Shown here piece by piece: positions 14,667-25,900 of a DNA stretch of 43,159 nt. Where the stretch lies: positions 1-43,159 of the IMG/VR virus record IMGVR_UViG_3300030397_000898. The stretch is one strand, 5' to 3'. The position numbers and the translations under genes are program-made. The notes under the pieces are model-generated. The model saw nothing but the letters and a program-made list of their open reading frames with translations, had not been told where the DNA came from and did not search any database. This DNA is from a virus. Its lineage: Duplodnaviria; Caudoviricetes. How positions within the stretch are numbered: the first letter of the stretch is position 1; the number at the start of each line of letters is the position of its first letter.

Positions 14667-17503
14667 CCACAGTCATTCAACGATCTTTTGCTGCCGGTGA
14701 AATTGCTCCAGCTCTTTATGGTCGGGTTGATCAGGTCAAATATGCAACTGGCCTGAGGACTTGCAGGAACCATATCGTGCAGAGACATGGCGGTGTTTCT
14801 AATAGACCGGGGACTCAATACATTGCTGATGTTAAATTCCCCGGAAAAAAAGTCAGGCTCATACCTTTCATTTTTAATGACGATCAAACTTACATTCTTG
14901 AGTTTGGCGATCTTTATATGCGTGTTCATCGTCTTGGCGTCCAGCAAACAATTGGCACTGTCGGAATAAATGATGTAACAAGCGCTAATCCTGCTGTGGT
15001 TACGACTGCCGCCGCTCATGGCTATTCAACTGGAGACCATGTTGCAATTTCTAGTGTCGGAGGAATGACAGAATTAAATAACAGAAATTTTGAAATAACT
15101 GTTTTAACAACGACGACTTTTGAGCTGAAGTTTTTAACTGGAGGCGCGGTTGATTCAACGTCATTTGGAGCTTACACGAGTGGAGGATCTGTTTCTAAGG
15201 TGTTTGAAATTACAACGCCATATGTTGAGGCCGATCTCCCAAATCTTAAGTTTGTTCAGTCGGCAGACGTGGTTACTTTGGTTCATCCAAATTATGCACC
15301 TCGCGAACTTGCAAGAACCGGTCATACGACTTGGACGCTAACTGAGATTGACTTTATTCCAAACACAACTCACCCAACTGGAGCGTCAGGATCGGCCGGT
15401 GGGGCTGGTTCTGATACTTATAAATACAAAATCACTGCTGTTGACAGTGACACTCTCGAAGAATCATTGCCCGGTGTAGAGGCGACAAAGGTAATCACGA
15501 ACATTTCTCAGGCAAATCCTGCTGTCGTTTCAGTTGCCTCTCATGGATATGTCAATGGTGATACGGTTCTTATTGAAGCTGTAGATGGCATGACCGAAGT
15601 GAATGGCAGAAGATTTGTTGTTGACAATGTTACTGCCGGAACTTTTGAGTTGAAGGACGAGGACAGCACAAGTTACACAGCTTATTCAGCCAATGGAACA
15701 TCAGCCCGTGAAGATGTAACGATTTTGAGCGCGGCCGCTCCAACAACATCGGCACCTCATACGGTTACTTGGACTGCCGTGGCGAATGTTCAACAATACA
15801 ACATTTATGGAAATGTAAATGGTGTTTATGGATTCTTGGGATCTTCAAGAACCGAGCAATTTGAAGACACTGGAATTTCAGCTGATGCAGCTGATGTCGC
15901 CCCTGTTTTTAGAAATCCATTTTTTGGTTTCGGCAATTACCCATCAACTGTCGCCTACCACCAACAACGTCTTGGATTTGCAAATACAAATAACAATCCT
16001 GAACAGGCTTTGTTTTCTAGAACTGCCAGCTTTGCAAACTTCACGACCCGTATTCCATTGCGCGCTGACGATGCGGTGATATTCACCCTTGCCGGTCAGA
16101 AGGTCAATGAGATCAGAAATATGATTGACCTTAATGGGACTCTCGTTGCCATGACAAAGGGCGGTGAATGGTCGGTCAAAGGTAATGAAGCTGGAATCCT
16201 TGTTCCGGGTGAAATCAATCCCGTCCAACAAACATTTAATGGATCAGCGGAATTAAGACCGTTGAATGTCGGTGGAAATGCTTTGTACGTTCAAGAACGA
16301 GGATCTATTGTCCGCGACCTTCTTTTTGAATTTGATGTTGATGGGTATAGAGGAACTGACTTGACAGTCTTTTCAGTTCATCTTGTTGATGGATTCACGA
16401 TTACAGATTGGGATTACCAACAAACTCCAAACTCAATTGTTTGGATGGTGAGAAGTGACGGAAACCTTCTTGGCCTCACTTATCTAAGAGAACAACAATT
16501 ACTTGGATGGCATCGGCATGACTTCACGAATGGAACCGTTGAAAACGTGGCGGTGGTTCCTGAAGGACTTGAAGATGTTCTTTATGCTGTGATCAAAAGA
16601 GATGTTGACGTTGATAACGACGGAACGACTGAAACTGTTCGATATATCGAAAGACTTGGAAGCAGAAGGATCGGTGATGACATAGCTGATTCCGTTTTTG
16701 TGGACAGTTATCTTTCTAGAGACGGAACTCATACGGGTTCCACGACAATGACCCTATCAGGTGGAACCACTTGGGTTTACACGGAAGATTTGACCCTCAC
16801 AGCCAGTGCGTCCTTTTTCGACTCCTCGATGGTGGGAGACGAGATACATTTGACTGGATCAGACGGGACTCTTCTGAAGTGTGAAATCACGGTTTTCACA
16901 AATACGACAACTGTCACTGTGAGAGCAAGCAAAACAGTGCCCGTTTCAATGAGAAACGTGGCGATCTCATCATGGGGACACGCTGTCAAGTCGGTTGGTG
17001 GACTTTGGCATCTTGAAGGTCAAACCATTAGCGCGTTTGGCGATGGATTTGTTGCTGCAAGTGCAAATAATCCTGAACATACAGCAGTGACGGTCACAGA
17101 TGGCGTGGCTACATTTGACAGAAATTATGTGAAGTTGCATGTCGGGCTTCCAATTACATCAGATTTTGAAACTCTCGATATTGATCAGATAAATGGTGAA
17201 ACGCTGATTGACAAAAAAATTGCTGTCAATTTGGTCACAGCCCTTGTTGAATCAACTCGAGGATTATTTGCTGGTATTCAAGCTCCAACAGGATCAAATC
17301 TTGTTGAGGGGCTTCAAGAATTTCAACTGGCAAATAATGAAGGTTATGATGATCCTCCAGCTCTAATTACCGGACCGATTGAGGTTTCAATTGAGACGGA
17401 ATTTACGAGAGGTGGAAGAGTATTTTTAAGGCAAATTGATCCTATTCCGTGTTCGATTCTTGCGATTGCACCGGCAGGATTTCTACCGATAAGGGGGACG
17501 TAA
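14663..17503 (+). CDS. Tail nozzle (tail tubular protein B-like)
   Basis: QRSFAAGEIAPALYGRVD, GGVSNRPGT, LEFGDLYMR, YPSTVAYHQQRL, GWHRH motifs; two inserted beta domains. Confidence 0.9.
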   Translation: MTTVIQRSFAAGEIAPALYGRVDQVKYATGLRTCRNHIVQRHGGVSNRPGTQYIADVKFPGKKVRLIPFIFNDDQTYILEFGDLYMRVHRLGVQQTIGTVGINDVTSANPAVVTTAAAHGYSTGDHVAISSVGGMTELNNRNFEITVLTTTTFELKFLTGGAVDSTSFGAYTSGGSVSKVFEITTPYVEADLPNLKFVQSADVVTLVHPNYAPRELARTGHTTWTLTEIDFIPNTTHPTGASGSAGGAGSDTYKYKITAVDSDTLEESLPGVEATKVITNISQANPAVVSVASHGYVNGDTVLIEAVDGMTEVNGRRFVVDNVTAGTFELKDEDSTSYTAYSANGTSAREDVTILSAAAPTTSAPHTVTWTAVANVQQYNIYGNVNGVYGFLGSSRTEQFEDTGISADAADVAPVFRNPFFGFGNYPSTVAYHQQRLGFANTNNNPEQALFSRTASFANFTTRIPLRADDAVIFTLAGQKVNEIRNMIDLNGTLVAMTKGGEWSVKGNEAGILVPGEINPVQQTFNGSAELRPLNVGGNALYVQERGSIVRDLLFEFDVDGYRGTDLTVFSVHLVDGFTITDWDYQQTPNSIVWMVRSDGNLLGLTYLREQQLLGWHRHDFTNGTVENVAVVPEGLEDVLYAVIKRDVDVDNDGTTETVRYIERLGSRRIGDDIADSVFVDSYLSRDGTHTGSTTMTLSGGTTWVYTEDLTLTASASFFDSSMVGDEIHLTGSDGTLLKCEITVFTNTTTVTVRASKTVPVSMRNVAISSWGHAVKSVGGLWHLEGQTISAFGDGFVAASANNPEHTAVTVTDGVATFDRNYVKLHVGLPITSDFETLDIDQINGETLIDKKIAVNLVTALVESTRGLFAGIQAPTGSNLVEGLQEFQLANNEGYDDPPALITGPIEVSIETEFTRGGRVFLRQIDPIPCSILAIAPAGFLPIRGT

Positions 17504-18084
17504 TGGTTGCGGCACCGAAAACAGGGAGCGGAGGAGTGAAAGCAGGGGCAGGAGCCAGTGATGTCGGGGCGATTGTTGTTGGCTTTGCTAAGGCCTTTGA
17601 AGCGTTGTCTACAGCCAAAGCTCAAAAAGCAGCTATTAAAGCTCAAGCTGCTGTTGAGCAGGCGGGTCTAGAAGCCAATGCTCGTTTTGCATCAATTCAG
17701 GCTCAGGACTCTATTGATCGGGGGGAGAAGGCAGCTAAAAATAGACTGGATCGAACAAGCAAAATGCTTGGCGCTCAGAAGGTCGCATTAGCCGCACAAG
17801 GAATTGAATTGACAGGATCAGCAGTTGACGTTCTTGAAGAAACCGGGAGAGAGGGCAGGCTCGATGCTCGGACTATTAGAGCCAACGCCTTCAGGGAATC
17901 TCTTGGGTTTAAGGCGGAGTCAATTAATCTAAGGGCAAGAGCAAGAACTGTTGGCCTGTCTGCACGATTTAAACAGCGCCAAACAGTCATTGCTGGACGC
18001 GCTAGAGCTGGACGGGACATCGCTCAAGGAATTGAAAAGGCCGGTGAGTCAGCCAAGAAATTCCTTACTTTTGCAGGGAGTTAA
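17503..18084 (+). CDS. Internal virion (ejection) protein, small
   Basis: TAATG-coupled start 17503; Ala/Gly-rich, GAQKVALAAQGIEL.GSAVDV motif. Confidence 0.75.
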   Translation: MVAAPKTGSGGVKAGAGASDVGAIVVGFAKAFEALSTAKAQKAAIKAQAAVEQAGLEANARFASIQAQDSIDRGEKAAKNRLDRTSKMLGAQKVALAAQGIELTGSAVDVLEETGREGRLDARTIRANAFRESLGFKAESINLRARARTVGLSARFKQRQTVIAGRARAGRDIAQGIEKAGESAKKFLTFAGS

Positions 18085-18089
18085 TAAAG

Positions 18090-19934
18090 ATGGTTAGAGT
18101 CCCAAGAGAATCATTAAATAGAGTTGAAGAGCGAGGAATTCCAAATATTCGTTTCGACACGACAGCTCCCATTGAGGCGTTTGGTGGAGGTCAGGCTCTT
18201 GAGGAAACAAGTTCTCAAGTTCGAGGGGCCCTTACAGATATTCAAGAAATCAGTGATAAAGAAACAAAGCGTGCAAACGAAGCGTGGCTGATTGATGCTG
18301 ACAATCAAATCAAATCTCTACAGCATGAGCTGGAGAGGCAGGGTGAGCAGGTCCGTGGAAAAGATGCTGCCGGTGTCACTGACAGCGCGAGAAAACGACT
18401 TCAGGAAAAGATTGAAGAAATCAAAAAAAGTGCGGTCAACGACGTTCAGAGAGACGGCGTTTTTAGACTTGGAACGGCAAGTGAGGCCGAGCTTCTTGAT
18501 TTTTTAAATGATCACACTGCCAAAGAATTTGAGAGGTACGAGGACAACGAAAACCGTGCGACCCGTGAGAATCATAAGAATTCAGCTGGAAAGCATTTCA
18601 GGAATCCTCAAAGAACTGCATCTGATTTGGAAAAAATAAAAGAGGCAGCCGAGATTTGGGCGGAAAACAAAGGCCTTGGACCTGAGGCAAGAAAGACATT
18701 CATTGAAGGCGAGATGTCTGACGCCCATTCAAGGGTTCTCGATGGCATTTTAAATAACGGTCAAGATGTTTTCTTTTCAGGAAAAGATAAAGATGGCAAT
18801 GACAAAAAAGTTTTTGGTTATGACTATGCGAAGTCATATCTAGAAGCTCATCGTGACGAAATGAAGTCTCAGGACATCGAGAGATTTCAAGAAGCCATTG
18901 AACAGGGGAACGTTGCCTCTGAAGCTCAGAGATTTGTTGATGACCTTGTTTCAAGAAATGAAAATATAAGTGACACCGACGACCTATCGAACACAGAGAT
19001 GTTGGCACAGTTAAATTCAATTGAAGATCCAGCTCTGAGAAAAGAAGCCAAGGCTCAGTGGAAAAATAGAATGGATGAGCAGAAGAGGGCTAAGGCGGCA
19101 GATGACGCCAAGAGATTTGAAGAGCTTTCAGTTGCCATTGAGCATGCTCCCGGAAGAAGGGCTCGTGACGTTGTTGGAATGTCAACTTGGACTTCATTAA
19201 CTCAATCTGAGAGAAATGCCCTTGATCGTCGGGCTTCGATTTTGGCCGGTCAAAACGTTAATCACAACAGCGCCGCTTGGATTGAATTCAATCTCCTCTC
19301 TCCTGAAAAGATGGGAAATTTGAGTCAGCCTGATTTCATTAATAAGTATTGGTCGAGGCTAAGTCCCGAAAAAAGAGACAAGGCTTTGTCTATGTATAGC
19401 AAGGCTGTAAATAAAGATCCTGAATCTTTCAGTTTATTTACTGAAAAAGAAATCATCATGCGTGAACTTGTTCGTGCGAAGATCGATATTCCCGGAGCGA
19501 ATGACCTTGAGCGTGGAGGAAAACTTTCTCCTGATCAAGCTGAGTTTGTTGACCGGTTCAACGAGAGAATGGAAGACAGGGTCGATAGATTTATAACAAA
19601 TAATAATGGCCGTAAACCAAACAAGGAGCAGTTCGAGGCGCTGGTTAAAGAGGAAATTGGCGCGACTGTCCTTGACCCCGGATTGTTTTCCGACACTCAA
19701 ACAAAGATCGTTGAAATTCCTGTTGACGAGCGTGGCAGATTTTTTACCGAAGACATTCCTGAAGGTGGATTTAATTCTGTTTGGAATCTTCTCGATGAGC
19801 GCCAGAGAGAGGAATTTGATAACGATATAAACAATGAAGAATTCGTTAAGCTGGCAAAAAGAGTTTATGCCGCTTATTTGAAATTTCAAGATCGTGAGCT
19901 TGTTGATGAAATTATCAGAGAGGTCGGTGATTAA
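18090..19934 (+). CDS. Internal virion (ejection) protein, middle
   Basis: 614 aa, helical and charged; MVRVP start; position between the small and giant ejection genes. Confidence 0.7.
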   Translation: MVRVPRESLNRVEERGIPNIRFDTTAPIEAFGGGQALEETSSQVRGALTDIQEISDKETKRANEAWLIDADNQIKSLQHELERQGEQVRGKDAAGVTDSARKRLQEKIEEIKKSAVNDVQRDGVFRLGTASEAELLDFLNDHTAKEFERYEDNENRATRENHKNSAGKHFRNPQRTASDLEKIKEAAEIWAENKGLGPEARKTFIEGEMSDAHSRVLDGILNNGQDVFFSGKDKDGNDKKVFGYDYAKSYLEAHRDEMKSQDIERFQEAIEQGNVASEAQRFVDDLVSRNENISDTDDLSNTEMLAQLNSIEDPALRKEAKAQWKNRMDEQKRAKAADDAKRFEELSVAIEHAPGRRARDVVGMSTWTSLTQSERNALDRRASILAGQNVNHNSAAWIEFNLLSPEKMGNLSQPDFINKYWSRLSPEKRDKALSMYSKAVNKDPESFSLFTEKEIIMRELVRAKIDIPGANDLERGGKLSPDQAEFVDRFNERMEDRVDRFITNNNGRKPNKEQFEALVKEEIGATVLDPGLFSDTQTKIVEIPVDERGRFFTEDIPEGGFNSVWNLLDERQREEFDNDINNEEFVKLAKRVYAAYLKFQDRELVDEIIREVGD

Positions 19935-22900
19935 TGGGCGACACCAACGACGGTGGATTTGGCGATTGGTACGCCAGAGAAACAGCTGACAGGAACAAGA
20001 GATCTCAGAATCAACAACAGCCATCAACTGGTTTTGATGATGGGGGATTCGGAGATTGGTACTCACATAAAAAGAGTATTGAGGTAGCTGCCGCTAACAC
20101 TTCGATAGTTGAGGGCAACAAGATTCCCCAAGATCGAGCATTCAGAATTTCTCGTGTCAATTTAAAAACAGGATGGAGCCCTGAACTTATTGACGCTCAC
20201 CTTGAAGAGTTTGAACATAGAGTTTTCGAGCGTGACTTTGATATCAATAAATTTGTCAAAGAAAGCCCGACAATCGCAAGGTGGATTGCTGAGAGTCCAA
20301 CTCATTCGAGCATGACTCGAGATGAGATCAAGAAGATGGCTGATGTTGAAAAGCTCATCCGAAGAAAAAGATTGTCTTGGCCTCTTCCTGAAAAAGAAAT
20401 CAACCGACGTGCAACGGCCATGGCAGAACGTTGGCGCACTCAGCAAAGAGATCAGGCTAAGAGTCTTTTTGGGTCAAGACCTGAAATGCTTGAGGCTCAA
20501 TTCGGACACATTGATCAACGTCTTGAAGAGATAAGAAATGATGCTCTTGAGACTTTGCGTGACGAAGAGGAGTTCATCCGTGAAAGCGGAAGAGTCGGAT
20601 TTTTTGAAGCTGTCAGTCAACGGGCAGATGAGAATCCTCTTTTTCTTGTCCCGTTTTTAGGGGCTGGTCCTGACATTCAAAAATCTACAGAGTTGATGCT
20701 TGCCGCTTTTGCTCTTGAAGATGGTGAGGAAACTCAGGAACAAAAAGATTTATTAGTCAGATATGCACGAATGGCTGAAGCCGCTGAGAGACGTGGAACC
20801 AATGTTTGGGGGGCAACCGCTCAAATCATGACCGAACTCCCTGCAACGGCCATTGAGTTTGGTTTGACTGCCGGAACATTCAGCGCTGCCAAATTGGCTA
20901 TCTTGAAGGGTGGAAGAAAGGGCATCGAAAAATTTCTGAGAGGATCTGTCAATAAATTATTGAACAGAAATCTGAATCGTGCATTGAGAGTGACCGCAGC
21001 AACGGGGGGAGCTCTGGCTCAAACTGGAATTGCTGGCCTTCCTGAAATTATTCGGGGGACTGTCGAAGGTGTGACTCCTCCGGGAAATCTGACTGTCGAT
21101 AAAGACGGCAACATGTCTTTTGAGGTTTTCCCGGAAAAAGGGAAATCTTTTGGTGTTTCTCTTTCAAAATCAATCGTCACCTCATTTACCGAAATAGCAT
21201 CTGAAAGGGCTGGAGGAACCACTCTTTTTAAATTGCTTGAAAAAGGGCAAAACAAAGTTCTCTTTGGATGGTGGAGGGGCAAGAATAAATTCGCTCGAAA
21301 ATCTGAGGCAGCCGTAGCCTTCCAGAAAGCTGTGAGGGCTGGAGGAATTCACGGGGTTCTTGGTGAAATGGGGGAAGAGGAAGTCGCCAAGCTCATGCAG
21401 GCGGTTGCTGGAATTCAGCCATATCGGCTTCCCACAGGAAAAGAGCTCGCTGCTCAGGCCATGGCTTTTGGAGCTCCGGCAGTTGTTCGTGGCGGACTTG
21501 GATTTGTTGGCCCTGAAATTCAGACGACAAATACGAATATCACTCGCGATATCGCCAACACAGTCAAAGACACTAAATTAATGCAGGAAGCCCCTCAGCA
21601 TGTTGAGAGACTGGTCAAGGAGTCTTTGAGGGGAACGGAATTGGGAACGACCTATATTCCGATTGAGGCATGGCAGGATTATTGGGAATCTCAGCGTGAT
21701 GAGAGCGGCGTGACAGGCAATCCAAGGGCGGTGGCGAAGCAGATTATGGGCGATACAAAGGCCTATGACGTGGCTGCTGAGACGGGAATAGATCTGGCAA
21801 TGCCAACCGAGAAATATGTTCGCCATATTGCCGCCACTGAACACGCAGAATTCTTTCAAGAAGAGCATCGTCTTGACCCTCGAGATATGACCTCAAAGGA
21901 GGCAGATGCCTTTTTTTCACGAGCAAATCAAACTGAGAGGGCTGATAATGTCGAGGGAGTAGGGACTGTCGTTCAACAGGCTCAAGATATTTCTGACAAT
22001 ATTGCCAAACAACTGAGAAAAACAAAATACGATCCAATTGCATCGGATACCTTTGCCAAGGCCTACGAGGCGTTCTTCAGAACTCAGGGAATCAGAGAGG
22101 GTCTTTCACCTCAACAGATTTTTGATCAGCTCAGGCTTCAAGTCAGTGGCGAAGATCGTCGGAAAAAGATTGAAGAAGACGCTGATACCGATGTGACTCC
22201 AGAACTTGAGGCATTTGCCTCAGAAGTTGAGAATTTGGCAAGTGATCTTGGCATCAACGTCGAACAATTGAACAATGACATAGAGTCAACATTGAATGAA
22301 TTGGGCGTTGACAACATCAAAGATTTCAAAGATCTGACATCAGAACAGATTGAAGAGGCTGAAAAACAACTCTCAGAGCTTTTTGGAGAAAATGCTGCAA
22401 GGGCAATAATCAAGGCAGCTCAAGAATTTTCCAATCTTACTGACCAACCTACCGCAACTGTCGAGGCAGAACAGGAAGCCCTTGAAGAACCTGATAGTCA
22501 ATTTGAACAGGATGTTTCAGTCGATAAGCCAAGAGGAAGAATTCGATTTGGAGACTCAAACGAGGTTGAAATTACGGTATTCGAGAATGCCGATATGTCT
22601 ACGTTCCTGCATGAGTCTGGTCATTATTTTCTAGAAGTTCTTTCAAATCTGTCTCGAAGGGAAGAGGCGAGTGATCAGCTGAAGGCAGATTTCAATGCCA
22701 TTAAAACATGGTTCTCTGAAATGGATGGTGCTGAGGCTTTAGCTCAGGTTGAAAATTTTGCCGTGAAAATGGAGAAGAGAGCCAGAGAAAATCCTGAAAA
22801 TAAGGTTCTTCAGGCTCAGGCAAAAAATGCTCGGAAAGCATTTAATTCAGCCAAGCGTCGTGGCGGCGCTGATTTTATGAAAAAAGTGGCTGAAAATTTC

Positions 22901-25900
22901 GGGACGAATATTAAAGACAAGAAAATGAGGGGTGTGATTATGACGCCCTATCATGAGATGTTTGCTCAGGGAATGGAGAAGTATTTCGCAACCGCGTCAA
23001 GTGCCCCATCAAGAGAGCTCAGATCGGTATTTGCCAGATTCAGAACATGGCTTGCAAGAATTTACAATAAGTTAAAAGGATTGGATGTTGAACTGTCTCC
23101 AGAAGTCACTGGAGTCATGGATCGGATGTTTGCCACAGACGAAGAAATAACGGCCACCATGGGCGAACAGGGGATGGTCCCTCTTCTTCCTGAAGTGGAG
23201 AAGATCGTTTCAGGAAAGACCGCTAAGAAGCTCAGGGATGCTCTTGAGAATGTCGTAACGACCGCTCAAGAGAGATTGAATCAAAACATCATGGAGCGTG
23301 AGGAGCGGAAGAAAAAGAAAGAGTGGAAGGAAAACAGGCAGCGTGTGAGCGAGGAGTTCATGAAGGACTTCAATGCCGAGCGTGTGACGATATCTCTTTC
23401 CGTTCTTCAGACAGGGAAAATGCCTGATGGATCAGATCTCCCCTCTGGCCTTGAGCCGATTAAATTATCCAGAAGGAAGATGGTTGAGATTTTTGGCAGC
23501 GAGCGAGTCAAGAACCTCCCGAACAATATCATGTCTGTTGAAGGTATTTTTCGTGTTATTAATGCTGAAACAGGGAAAACCCGCAGAAAATTCGAGACAT
23601 TTGATGAAGCGAGAGAATTCAAAAAAGGCAAGAAGGGCCTCAAAATTGAAGAGGAAAAACTTGCTTTCAATGTTGTAGATCCTGAGGCTGCCTCTGGAAT
23701 GCTTGGCTATGAGACGTCAGGTCAGATGGTCAGCGACATGGAAATGCGCCTTTTTGACTATAACTTCTCAGGTTCCAAAGAAAGTTATGTCAATGAAAAG
23801 ATTGACGAGAGGATGGAGGAGGAATTCGGAGACCCTGCTGAGTTCACGCAAATTCCTGACGATGTCATGGATGCCCTCCACAATGACTCTCGCTCAGAAT
23901 TGCTCAGGCTTGAAATGGAAGTCTTAGTTTCTGAGGAATTTTCAACATTTAAGAAGTTGGTTCAGCGTGTCGCTAAGCCGATCCCAACGATTCAATCTGT
24001 CCGAGAGCGAGCTCAAAGAGATATCGATAACACAATTGTCAGAGATGTGAGACCCATTGTTTTTCTGCGAGCCGAGCAGAAATGGGCGAAACGGGCGATG
24101 GAGAGAATGCTCAAAGGAGACTTTCAAGGAGTGGTTGAGGCCAAATCAAATGAATTGCTCAACCATGAGAAGTATATTGCAGCCATCCAATTCAAAGAGA
24201 AGCTGGCAAAAGACCTTAAATTCTTCCAGAAACTTTCAAGATCTGACGCAAAGTTGTCAAAATCACGGGATGTTGACTTTGTGAATGGTGGTCGTGCGAT
24301 CTTGGCTGAGTATGGATTGCAGAGATCAGACAGAAAAGCTCAAGATTTTTTGAAATCTCTCAGAGAATTTGGTGATCCCGATCAATCTCAAACGATCATG
24401 GATATGGTTGATATCGTTACAAAAGATGCAGCAGATTATCGTGAGGTCTCTGCCGACAAATTTAAATTCATGTCTGAAACAGTCAGATCGCTTTTTGATC
24501 TTTCAATCAGAAATAGAAAAATTGAGATTGAGGGGCAGCTCATTGACCGGGAAGAAGTCAAGGAGGCCCTTTTCAAGAGAATTGATGAAATTCGCGGGAA
24601 ACCTCTTGAGGTCAAAAAATTCAACAGAAACAAGAGTAAGTGGGAAGACACGAAATTTGAGCTCATGGGATGGAAGGCAGCCCTCACACGGGTTGAGCCA
24701 TGGGCAGATGCAATGGATGGTAACGATCCTTCGAAGCCATTCACACGCCTTATTTGGCGTCCCATATCCCAAGCCACGAATAAATATCGTGAGGACAGAA
24801 ATATTCATGTAAAAGCCTATCTTGACCTGTTGAAAACAAGGGAAGAGGCTTTGAAAGATACGAGTGAAATTGATGCTCCTGAGCTTGGTGCTGGTGAAAA
24901 ATTTCAAAGCAAGTCTGAATTGCTTGGAGCAATTCTCCACACTGGAAATGAAAGCAATCTTTCGAAATTAATTCGTGGATATGGTTGGGGGACGCTCAAA
25001 GCAGACGGAACTTTGGACACGTCAAAATGGGATAGATTCACAAGGCGTATGTGGAGTGAGGGAATTCTCACGAGAGAAGATTATGAATTCGCGCAGTCTG
25101 TTTGGGATTTAATGGAAAAAATGAAGCCTGCTGCTCAAAGGGCTCATAAAAAAATGTACGGCCATTTCTTTAATGAGGTGACTGCACAAGAAATTGTGAC
25201 GCCATTTGGAACATTTAAAGGCGGTTATGTCCCCGCCAATGTCGCTCCAAATGCTGATCCGGTGACTGACATTCGACGTGAAAAAGAAGATTTTGAGCGA
25301 TCAAATAACAGCTTCATGTTTCCAACTTCAGGTCGTGGATTTACCAGATCGAGAATGGAAGGATATTCCAAGCCCCTAGAGCTCGGACTTCAATTCCTAC
25401 CACGCCATATTGACAATGTGATGCGGTTTGTTCATATCGAGCCGCATGTCAAAGATCTTGGACGTCTATTCAATGACGCTGATTTTGTTGGAGTAATGCA
25501 TGACTTCGATCAAGGCGTTGTGACAAAAATGCTCATGCCTTGGTTGCAGAGAGCGGCATCTCAGAGAGTTGATACTCCGACAAAGCACAAGGGATTCGAT
25601 CAATTTTGGAGAGCCTTGAGATCTAGAACCAGTCAGATTTTTATGTTTGCAGATGTGGTCAACTCACTTCAACAGTTCACCGGCCTGTCATTGGCAGCCA
25701 TTAAAGTTCCACCTAAATATCTCAGAAATGGGCTTTACTCTTACATAAGAGATCACAAGGGCATAGCTGATTTAATTGCTGAAAAATCTCTTTTCATGAA
25801 AAACAGGACTTCAACTCAGTTGATTGAGACGAGAAATGAGATTGAAGATCTGATTCTCAATCCGACAAAATTTGAACGGGCAAAGGACTTTGCTGACAAA

